Below, piece after piece: positions 39,092 to 49,070 of a stretch of 64,000 nt of DNA (its first letter is position 1; every line of letters begins with the position of its first letter). The notes under the pieces were generated by a model. The model was not told the origin of the DNA and ran no database searches. It worked only from the letters and a program-made list of their open reading frames with translations. A program made the position numbers and the translations under genes. Source of the DNA: Catajapyx aquilonaris (Eukaryota); NCBI GenBank assembly GCA_000934665.2, contig KZ538023.1, forward strand, positions 62,001 through 126,000, read 5' to 3'.

Positions 39092-40574
39092 ATGGTGGGA
39101 GAGAACACGAAGAAGCTATCGAGCGACGAGGTGGAGCTGTACGACAGGCAGATCCGACTGTGGGGGTTTCAGTCGCAGAAAAGGTGACTACGGAACACAT
39201 TATGATTATGGACATGATGGAATTAATTTTTTTGGATGGATAGGCTCCAGGCTGCACGGATTCTGTTGATTGGACTGAACGGTATGGGGGCTGAGGTGGC
39301 GAAGAACATTGCGCTTACCGGAGTCAAGAGTCTGACCCTGCTCGACAGCATTGTCGCGTCACAGGAGGATCGGTCCTCGCAGTTTCTCATACCCGGTGAC
39401 AAGCTTGGAACCAACGTAAGTCATCATACGTTTCTACCATGCTGTTCGTGCAGTAGCATCCTTTCAGCGAGCCGAAGCGTCTCTGGCTGCTGTCCAGCAG
39501 CTGAACCCAATGGTCCAGATGGAAGCGATGAACACAAAATTGGAGGATGTTCCCGATTCGTTCTTCGCCAACTTTGATGTCGTCTGCATGACCGTTGGCA
39601 ACCGGGAGCAGTTAGTCCGGGTCAATCACATCTGTAGGGACGTCGGGATTAAGTTCCTGGCTGGAGCGGTGTTTGGCTTCTTTGGATTTACCTTCTCGGA
39701 TCTGCAGGAGCATCATTACACAGAGTATGCATCCCAAGTAGATTTTACATGAGACTATTTAGGGCCGTTTTCTCGAACAGTGGTTCAAGTGTAAACTGGG
39801 TTCAAAGCCCATTGATTGCTGTTAGGCTGTTGTCAAGGGTTTAAACCGGCTTTGAACTGGGTTTACATTTGAACCACTGTTCGAGAAAATGGCCCTTAGC
39901 CATTCGCTACAATTTTTTAATGTTTTCAAATCTGTAGTGAAATTCCAGATTTGAAACGGCCTGCTGGTGGGAGCAAGAAGTCTGAAGAAAAGCGCATGAA
40001 AATTGTGAAGGGCAGGGCTGCTTTTGTGCCGCTTCAGGATGCTCTTGATATTGATTGGACCTCTGATGACTACTCGAAGAGGTTGAAGAGGATGGACTCT
40101 GGATTCTTTATCCTCAAAGGTTTGCATTTTTTGGAAAGCCACAATGAAATCAACCCTCTTTATCAATTCAAAATCATACGTATGACGGCACATTCTGCCA
40201 AGATGTTAAAGATGTTGGAATGAGCATGTAACTTCCAAATATATACATAATGTGAATTCCGTTTTTCAGTCCTCCTGAAGTTTGTGGGAACCCATGGCCG
40301 CAATCCATCGCCGAGGAACAGGACGGATGACCTTTCTGAGCTACGGCGCATGCGTGATGAGGTCCTTGAGAGTCTGTGCATCCCTCTGGAGAAGGTGGAT
40401 GACCAGACCTTGGAGTTGACACTGGGTTCAGTCAGTCCAGCCTGTGCAGTTGCAGGAGGTGTCATGGCTCAAGAGGTCATCAAAGCAGTGTCGCTAAAGG
40501 ATGCTCCGTATAACAACTTTTTCTTCCTGAATCCAATCACATTTTGTGGAACTGTTCAACTTCTTGGAAACTGA
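39092..40574 (+). CDS. SAE1: SUMO-activating enzyme E1 subunit 1 (Aos1), 335 aa
   Basis: Exons 39092-39183, 39244-39415, 39468-39724, 39938-40119, 40270-40574 (1008 nt). Motifs: ELYDRQIRLWG, GLNGMGAEVAKNIALTGVKSLTLLD, LNPMV, SPACAVAGGVMAQEVIKAVS.KDAPYNNFFF. Confidence 0.96.
39762..39895. mobile_element. PIF/Harbinger-like MITE in SAE1 intron 3, 134 bp
   Basis: TIRs GGGCCGTTTTCTCGAACAGTGGTTCAA / TTGAACCACTGTTCGAGAAAATGGCCC with TTA target-site duplication on both sides. Confidence 0.88.
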
Positions 40575-41463
40575 AGGATGCTTCGTTTCCCAATTTACAA
40601 GGAAAAGAAACACTCTTTGCATTGTCAAGTACATTAGGTGCCGTTACACTAGAAGAGTAGACATTCTCAATATGCAGTGACGATTATGTAGGCGCAATTC
40701 TGGCTCACCTGAATTGTGCAAACATGTCTTCATGACCATGTTTCAAGTGTCTACTGCTCACAATCAGTGTAAGAGCAATTAATGAATCAATCCTAAAAGA
40801 GTCAGTTGAAGAATATATTGTGGGCATTCAAGAGAAGTTAAATACAAGATGAAGTCCAATTTTGGCAGTAAAGAACATTTACTCTGTTCTGTCAACTGTG
40901 GGAGTCAATTTAGTCCTAAATATTCATAACGAGCCAAAAAACCAGGATTTTCTACGTTCGCTACCATGTTAGCAGGTGCGAGGTCAAATCTTTGTCTTTG
41001 ATTGCATCAAAACTGATTTTTTGAATTCAGATTTCTCTTGTATGCCCATGATATGCAGCCATAAAAATAACACATTGCATCATCATTCCTATAAAAATTA
41101 TGTAGAGACGAGGGGTTTTATGGGAAGTTGGAGAAAAGAAACTGAGAACTGCACCAATGCTAAAGGAATAAATGCAACAATGGTTCATGAAAATTGGTTT
41201 CGGAACTTTTCACTCTTCCTTGGAGCTGTGAGTTTGGGTGCATGGAGGTTCGCACGGGTTCGGAGGTGTGGTCGTCATTGGTATGGCAGGCAGATTAGTG
41301 CCCAGGGCGTGCTTCGGGGCCAAGGGTGTGTTCGGGGGTGGTTGCGAGAGTAGGGGGTGAAAAGAGGGTCTATCCTATTTACTGGTCCAGTGAAGTTATG
41401 AAAAAATATATGAAGACTGGAATAATAAAGAAATAGGAATAAAGAAAAAATAAATAAAGGAAA

Positions 41464-41534
41464 CATGCCAAGAGGGATTCGATCCCACTACCTATAGATT
41501 AGTAGCATGACGCCCTAGCCACTTCACCCACATG
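41464..41534 (-). other. tRNA-derived sequence (SINE head or tRNA pseudogene)
   Basis: Minus strand TGTGGGTGAAGTGGCTAGGGCGTCATGCTACTAATCTATAGGTAGTGGGATCGAATCCCTCTTGGCATG has an A-box-like segment and B-box-like GGATCGAATCC in a T-arm hairpin, but no clean anticodon or acceptor stem. Confidence 0.5.
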
Positions 41535-41702
41535 TTACACGTATGTTAGGGCCTTCAAATGCATGTACTGCACATTCCAGCTCGTATAAAGTCAGAAAAT
41601 GAGAGGGGAATGAGTTTGTAAGGACAGTCTAATGCTCATGTTATAACTAAAGTCATTTCAAAAAAGATGAATTGCTTTATTCAATATTTCAATCCATGCC
41701 TT

Positions 41703-42459
41703 CATTGAGCACATTTAAAATTAATTAGGAAAAATCATCCAGCCAAGGGGGTAGTCACTCCTCATAAAAGTGTACACCGGCTCTCTTGAGCTGCTGCTCT
41801 CTGTGGCTCTCCGCGGCTCTCCCCCGGCTCACCAGCAGGCTCACCCACGGTCTTATGGGCTCACCGATGCCTCAGAGAGCCGCAAAGAGCCTTGGAGAGC
41901 TGCAGAGAGCTTCGGAGAGCCAACTATGTAACAACCCGCGGGGTTGATGATATGACGTCAATATGTCGTAGTTTTCCCTCGGCTCTCCGCGGTTCATCAG
42001 TGAGGGTGTACACCGGCTCTCCAAAGTGACTACCCCCTTGCATCCAGCCATATATGCCTTGCCAAAGTCGGCTCCATTACCTGGAAATTAAAATTCGCAA
42101 AATAAAATACGCAGTTAAAAAATACCAGGACTTCTTTATTTTCCAGAATTATTATTATCAACTGTTTTGTACAAAAAAAAATTCTCAAATACAATTTGGA
42201 AGGCCATACATATTTTTTGTTTGTTTTCATCTTACAATGTCTTCATGACCCCCAAAAACTTTCACTGCTGCATTATTATGTACAGGTGCGGTAGTGTAAA
42301 ACTTGGAGCTTTGAGTGTCCCAAAAAAGCTGGATTGTTTTCATAAATCCAACGTATGTTGGGCAGCGACTAAAATTCGCCGTAATGATAATAATTATATT
42401 CTTTACCCTAATATGCTACATGACTGAAAAATACAATCACAACCTGTACACTCTTTCAT
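41703..42459 (-). repeat. Diverged duplicate of the distal 3' UTR of the Fat-like gene (matches 53084-53780), interrupted by a MITE
   Basis: Long colinear identity with 53084-53780, e.g. AAAAATACCAGGACTTCT, GGAAGGCCATACATATTTTTT, TTCACTGCTGCATTATTATGTACAGGTGCGGT, TAAATCCAACGTATGTTGGGCAGCG. It lacks ~250 bp present at 53383-53635. Confidence 0.9.
41744..42040. mobile_element. MITE with 8-bp TSD (hAT-like; P-like not excluded), 297 bp
   Basis: Perfect 16-bp TIR CAAGGGGGTAGTCACT / AGTGACTACCCCCTTG and TSD CATCCAGC (41736-41743, 42041-42048). Internal GGCTCTC/GAGAGCC repeats. The empty site is visible in the paralogous copy near 53123. Confidence 0.93.
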
Positions 42460-42716
42460 AGAGGAAGTTGAATGGAGTGTTGGCAGAAACACAGGCTATT
42501 ATGTGGAAGTATGCCGGTACTAGCCTAGAGTCTGCTATTATCGAGATCTGTTGTAGATGAGGTTGTTATATCTGGATTCAACCGTGTCATCACTGATGAT
42601 TATGATGATGTTGTTGTTAGTTGAATCCGGACATAACAGCCTCGGCTGTAACAGACTTTCGGTTATAACAGACTGGAAAGGCTGGTTCTTCCATACTTTC
42701 ATAAGGCCCTGTACAT

Positions 42717-43064
42717 ACACAAACCCTAAGACAATATTACAATTAATTACAAAAAATATACCATGCAATTTTAAAATGTTTATAACTCGTGGACTTTTTC
42801 TGAAATTGATACACTTTGGTGTACAACATTTAACGGTGTTATTTATAAATAAATAAAAATTTGACATCATGGTCTATTTGGACCAGAGTCCAATGTGCTA
42901 TGATTTAAAAAAATTCAATTTAATTAATGTGAAATGGTTTTTAAAATCCCTGCATTCAAAAATGCACAGAAAATTCGACATCTGCAAGCCGTGATAAACA
43001 TTTTAAAATACCGTGATGGATTTTTTGTAATTAATTTTAATGCTATCGTCGGGTTTGTGTGGCC
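42717..43064. mobile_element. Decayed MITE-like element with ~70-bp imperfect TIRs
   Basis: ACACAAACCC...AATTAATTACAAAAAAT...ATTTTAAAATGTTTAT at left, and its reverse complement at 42988-43060. Confidence 0.6.
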
Positions 43065-43815
43065 CCTCCGGTTCATTATTAAAATTAATGTCCTGCTAAG
43101 TAACATATAAATGCATAGTGGCAGCAATTTTCACCAGACCCCACGGAAATTCACTGTCCAAGTGTAATCATATTTATGTCAGTTCTGTCAAATCAATTTC
43201 AACTTTGGTGTCCGGTATGCTTCATAATTATCCATTGAACTGTAATATGACATCATATCTGCTGAATACTGTCCTGCGTATATCAAGGTCATAACCAGCA
43301 GGGAATCCGGAAGGGGGTGGGGGGTAGCCACCCAGCCCCCTTCTGGCTCTCCCTCTAGACTTGCTGGCAGCTCTTTCTTTCCCTCCTGACCACCAAGGAA
43401 GACGAACCTGCCTCTCTACATGCTGCCGAGATGAGGCATACTGCAGGTCAAGGGCAGGTATGTGAACCTGGTTTAGATGGGGGGGTATTTGCCAAGTAAT
43501 TGTCTGAGTCTTGCTGCATTGCATTATCACCAATAATGTTCACTCATTTTGCGATTGATCGAGTCAAACAATTAGCGTTCATTATTGCAAAGCATGTTTT
43601 AATTAGCCCCGTTTTCAGAAAATGAACGAGGCAGCAGTGCATCGTTGTCGGCCAAAGATTGATGTCCTGTGAGGTGGGGTCAAATTGGTCATCGGGTTAC
43701 GCCACGGTCATCTAGCCATACATGATTGGTGAGTACAGGAACTAGATTAATCAAATGACGGTGATTTCAGGGAGGCCCCATTGTAATAGTTGCGGCTTTT
43801 TGACCAGGTCTGGTA

Positions 43816-43950
43816 TATGCCCGATTGCACCAACAAAATTACAGATTCGATAGCTTCTAACAGATCGTTAGCACACGTTGAAAGGGCTCTTAATGATCAA
43901 TTAGGAGCTATCTATCAGATCTGTAATTTCGGTTGGTGTAATTGGGCATA
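43816..43950. mobile_element. Short palindromic MITE, ~135 bp
   Basis: TATGCCCGATTGCACCAAC.AAATTACAGAT / ATCTGTAATTTC.GTTGGTGTAATTGGGCATA inverted ends. Confidence 0.7.
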
Positions 43951-44286
43951 AGAATCTGATTCGTCTCGACTAAAATCTTTATTTGACAAAAAAAAAAAAA
44001 CTACGCCAAACTGTTAAATAGGGACTTGGGCGGGGAAGAATGTGAGATTCCTAATTTGTCCGGCCTAGTGCACAGCAAAAACATTGCAGTGCCACCATTG
44101 ACAGCAAAATGTGCCTTAAATGCACTAACAGTGAATTCATTGTTCTTCGAGGATATTTTAAGCAATAATCAAAGGTGTTATTTCCACTTCGAAGCCCAAT
44201 GGGGTGTACATGTAATGCCAATTTTACCCGTCTTTAAGTACATGCTGCTATTAGAGTAAAATTATTAACCTGCACAAAAGTTCTTA

Positions 44287-44413
44287 GGTGCTTTTTCTCG
44301 AACAGTGGTTCAAATGTAAACCTGGTTCAAAGCCGGTTTAATCCCAGTTCAGAGGAAAATAAACCAGCCTTGAACTGGGTTTACATTTGAACCACCGTTT
44401 GAGAAAATGGGCC
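44287..44413. mobile_element. Second copy of the Harbinger-like MITE family found in SAE1 intron 3
   Basis: TTTTCTCGAACAGTGGTTCAAATGTAAAC ... GTTTACATTTGAACCACCGTTTGAGAAAATGGGCC, with TTA on both sides. Confidence 0.85.
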
Positions 44414-45768
44414 TTAGGCTGATGGTTTTTCATACCAGAGTTTGATAGTCAATTGGTCATAAAAGCTGGAAATAGCATATTTTCATTCATTGCCAGTTTG
44501 AAATTTTCTTAATATTTCATTCTTAATGTCATTCACTTTTCTTTTTATATTGCTTTGGGTTGATTGCAGTCAGAGTGTTACACTGGGCACCATGAAGAGA
44601 TTTTATTGCTCTTTTAAATAACTGATAAAGTCAATTGTGCTTGATAAGGGATTGGGTTGAACCTAGTTCAGTTAAGGTGGTTTGGCAGGCATTATTTTAC
44701 AAATCATATTCTCCTTTCCAGATTTCGTGCAATTATATTCTTGGTCCGACTGCTGTTCTACATTGACGTGCCTTCGCAGCAGGACCTGATGCCTTCCAGA
44801 CAGCCCCAGCACCATCCTGGCGATGTGATTTCTGCAACACCCAAGGGCACCAGAGTTTCATCACAACGATGGTCCATCGAAGCTCTGCAATACAGCACGT
44901 CAGCACCAATTGGTGAGCATTATACTGTTGATTCAACGAGAGACCCTGATGTCTCAATCTTTTCAGTTTCACTTTTGTTATTGCCGAGCATTGTGACATT
45001 GAGTATCTGGTGGAATGAAAATACCAGGGTGCTTCTTTTGTGCCCTGTTCTACCACTATTGGTTATTATTGGCCCATGCTTCATCGAAGGGAGGGTTGGC
45101 GATGATAGGAGATATTTTGAATTTCAAATTTTGAGAAGGCCACTCCACTCCATTGTTAAGGTATATTTTACCTGGTAGGCCTAATTTGATGATGAACTGT
45201 GATCTAGGCAGTTTATGTTGTTGCACATAGGGAGATGATTTGATTGCCAATGATGTATATGGAATTAACCAGAGTGGTGGGAAATATTTGTTGCAATTGC
45301 GTGATCATTACTTCAGGCTGGGCAGGCCTTGATCTAGGAAGCCAGGCAATACATTTGAGCAGCTTATTATTGAGGTAGGTTTCTGATGAGACTTGCTAGT
45401 TGCTACTAAACTAGGGTGAGTGGTAAATCATTAATAAAGCTTGATGTAGGCAATCTTGATGTTTCGTTGAGGTGGTTAGAGAGAGATTAATTTTTAGCAA
45501 TGTAGGAGATTAGCAGTCTGGTAGGTAATGATCTTTTGCAAATACACGACAATTAAGTCACTCAATATTTATGAAATATCAAATCCTAGTTATCAACAGG
45601 TGTTTCATATTGAATGAAACTAATTAAATCAATGAGTTGAAATGGGACATTCACAGTTTTCCGAGGGTTGCTCGTCAAAAGCATGTGCCTTGAATACTGT
45701 AATCTATATTGACATTTCACAATCAAAAGTGAACTCTTTATTTTTTGGGAAGTGATCTGTAATCTGTC

Positions 45769-47047
45769 CACTGGTGTATATACCACTCCTGAAAAATGGC
45801 CTGGCCTGGAAGTGCTAATTTGTAAAAAAAAAAAAAAAGTTTCCTTGAAAACGTTAAATCTGACAGAAGGAAACAATGAGTTGAGTAGCATTTTGCCTAT
45901 TGTGTGACAGCCTTCTCACAAAGTGTGGTAATGAGTTACATGTGTATTCACTGCGAAGCATACTTACACTTGATTGAACCTGTGAGGAAATGGTTACTTT
46001 GCAAGTTAACGAGCAATGGCAAGGGCATTGTGACATTGATGGTTACGGTTTACTCGAAGGCTTAATTTTGTGATTAAAATGCATGAACTGTGCATAAGTC
46101 TTCAGTTCAGTCTTCCCTTCAATGGCCTCGCACAACTAATCTGCTTATTATAATTTAGCAGTGTCTTTTTAGTGGCTACTTAAATCACTTGGCAATGCAA
46201 TCAGGCCGCCACGTCGGTAGTTGACCTAGTACTAAAATCGCCTGCATGTCCATGTCACAAATTATATGAATTAGTAGAAGATTAATCATGTTCAAGTAAC
46301 ACTGCAGTCCACATCTCTTCCATATGCGTAATTAGAATATAAGTTGTATGATTACATTTGTTATAGTAAGTATAGATAGTAGACTATAGATAAGATTAGA
46401 GCTGCATTAGAATAATTATAAGTGTAGACAGAGTATAGATTATAAGTTGTATAAATGTAACATTTGTTTGAATACAATTATTTATATTCTAATTACGCAT
46501 ATGGAAGAGTAATGTTGGGGCCTGCAGGTGTCTTGTTAAAAAAAATCAATTTCTACTAATTCATATTTGTAACATGGACATGCAGGTGATTTTCATACTA
46601 GGTGAACTTCACTGGCATTGGGAAAGCAGTGCAGTGGTGCCCTGATTGTATTGGGAAGCCACTAAAAAGACACTGCTAAATAATAAGCCGATTAGTTAAT
46701 GACAAAATGCAATTGAAGGGAAGGCTTAACTGAAGACTAATGCACAGTACATGCATTTTTATAGCGATAATTAAGCCTTGGAGTAAACCATAGCCATCAC
46801 TGTCACAATGGCCTCGTCATTGCTCGTTAACAAAGTAACCATTTCCTCACATTTCAATTAAGTGGCTAAGTATGCTTCGCAGTGAATACACACTCACCAC
46901 ATTTTGTGAGAAGGCTGCCATCTAATAGGTAAAATGATACTCAATTCATTGTTTCCATCTGTCAGATGTTTAATGCTTCCAATGCTAACTTTTTTTTCTT
47001 TACAAATTAGCTCTGCCAGGCCATTTATCATGGGTGGTACACCAGTG
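45769..47047. repeat. Long imperfect inverted repeat: ~580-bp arms and ~120-nt spacer
   Basis: Arms ~45769-46350 and ~46471-47047 match throughout, e.g. TGTGTATTCACTGCGAAGCATACTTA / TAAGTATGCTTCGCAGTGAATACACA, TTTAGCAGTGTCTTTTTAGTGGCT / AGCCACTAAAAAGACACTGCTAAA, CTCTTCCATATGCGTAATTAGAATATAA / TTATATTCTAATTACGCATATGGAAGAG. Confidence 0.95.
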
Positions 47048-48869
47048 AACTTGACTGCCATTGGGCAAGTATAGTGGGGTCCAGGCTAAATTAATTCTTG
47101 GCAGGTCATTACAAATTTGTAATTTAGGCCTTGAAGTGACACATCTGCAGTACAACAGTGAAGCTCATAGTAACTGGCTTCAGAGAATTGAATGGAATTA
47201 AGGCGAATCGCATGCCCAGTTGTGCCAAATTATAATTTACTGGCGATCGCCCATAGCTGTTTGTGATATCAAGTGTCTCCCAGTAGATATCTGGTGATAT
47301 AGCCTTGATGGTCATGTGGAACTTTTCTAATTGCTTTTTATTGTCATATTGTATGTTGATCAATCACTGACCACCCCTTATTGCTGATAGCTTCTAACAT
47401 TGGCAAATTATTTTTCTGGGCTAGTTGCAGCAGTAACTAACGATTGTCGTGTATTAATGTGCATCTGTTTATGCATACTGCATTCAGTCTGGCCACATCA
47501 TTCTTCAGGATGCTCTTTGACCCAGTTCTGGAGCTGATGAAATGGTGTATTATCCTGCTGGAATTTCCAGTCACAAAGCAGTGCCATGAGCTGTATTCAC
47601 CCTGCCTCATGACAACACTCTTGGATTATGTGACTTTAAAAGTTTCATGTTGCTATGGCATTCCTTGTGGCACTTCTGTGTATATTGGGCCCAGATTGGG
47701 CCTTTGTGTAACAATGGATTGCACATGTAGCCCTAAATTGTTTCAGTTTCAATAGATCTTCATTCTCGCAATTCTGTTCCTTTCAGATTAATTTGCTTGT
47801 ACGAAGAGTTGCAGTGATTTCCAGGACTTGTTGCAAGTGGAGGATGCCCATAACGAGACATTGCTGTAGGTCAGTATCTTGAGGAAGATCAAGGTCTCAT
47901 TACACTTGCATGGATTTGAGTGTTTGCTTCTGTGCAATGTTGACTAGTGAGAGAATTACCTGACAGCAATAAAATGACATTATTGTGAATTTAACTGCTT
48001 TCTATTGGGAAATGGGGGGGGGAAACCTTTTGTGCTGAGCTTGAAGTCTTTGCCTTTACAAGCCTTTTTGTTTCTGAAATTTTGGGAACACCCGAGACGT
48101 ATGCAGTATTTCCACTTAATCAGTTCCGCTGCAGATGTCTTAACGATCTGCAACTTGACTATTATCAGCTTCTTTGGCATTGATCTTGTTGAAAAATGAC
48201 TACTATGTAAATTAAGCTGTTTTTTGGTGTTGCATGGCTGGGAAATTGCAATATTATTCAATGTCAATTTGCCTAATTTCTGTGCAGGAAGCTAAGTTCA
48301 ATTTCCATGTAATTGCATTGAGCTTTTTCTAATTGTATGTTTTCGAATATAAAATTTAATTTTTCTCTTTTCAGGGCAAGGTATTTGCAGCCTGCTGGTG
48401 AGATGGTGCCACTCTGGAAGCCAGTCCTGACTGATGATCATCATTTTTCTTGTCTCCCCCCCTATTTTTGCCTTCTCTTTCCAGTCATTTGCAGCCCAGA
48501 TGGTGCCAGTCATCAGCAGCATCCTTTCCCCCCCTACAAATCTCACCTTTTTTGGCATGTGCTAACACTTCTTGGCACATGATGTTGAAGAGAGGAAGAT
48601 TTACCGCCTGCATTTAGGATCCCCCCCTTTGACGTCATGTGCCAAGTGCATGATGTTGAAGGGGGGAAACTTGCAGGCTGAAAAATCGTAGTTTTAGTCG
48701 TCGAAAAAAGGCCGGGGTCGTCCGGGCGTAATTTCGGGCGGCCGCCCCTGCATTCGCAAAGTCCGCTGGCGCGGGACCTATCTTCAAGCCCCTCCCCTTT
48801 TTTCCTGTAAACTTTTTTCAGAGTCCAGTGAGAGTCACTCATTCGTTCACTCCAGTTCCTTGGCCCCTC

Positions 48870-49070
48870 CCCCCTCTGCCTGCTGATGGTTGGGGTGAGG
48901 CTTCAATGGATGGGGTGCACGTGTGGACAATGTAAGTTTCGTTGCCCTCCTGCCCCTATCCCCCCAGGGCAAGCCCTGGGGGGATAGGGGAAGGGGAGGC
49001 AATGTAGATTACATTGCCCATGGGCCCCATCCATCGAAGCCTCTCACCAGCCATCAGTAGGCGGATGGGG
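48870..49070. repeat. ~200-bp GC-rich near-perfect palindrome/hairpin
   Basis: Perfect 18-bp core CCCCTATCCCCCCAGGGC-AA-GCCCTGGGGGGATAGGGG (48953-48990), extending imperfectly to ~100 bp per arm. Confidence 0.9.

Noticed and set aside
38493..39269. 258-aa ORF upstream of and overlapping SAE1
   Set aside because: AT-rich, low-complexity translation with no motifs. It spans the ATP10 3' end and SAE1 promoter and is out of frame with the real SAE1 exon 1.
43300..43354. 55-nt G/C-rich hairpin as a pre-miRNA
   Set aside because: Dominated by G and C runs and typical of internal palindromes of DNA-transposon remnants; no further support.
44657..45178. 173-aa plus-strand ORF
   Set aside because: Non-ATG start and no recognisable motif; it is the antisense of the minus-strand relic discussed in the findings.
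47531..47566. Minus-strand DWKFQQDNTPFH resembling the Tc1/mariner FQQDNAPxH motif
   Set aside because: No downstream WP..SPDLNPIE or upstream DE motif and no Tc1 TIRs were found; treated as chance pending a search.
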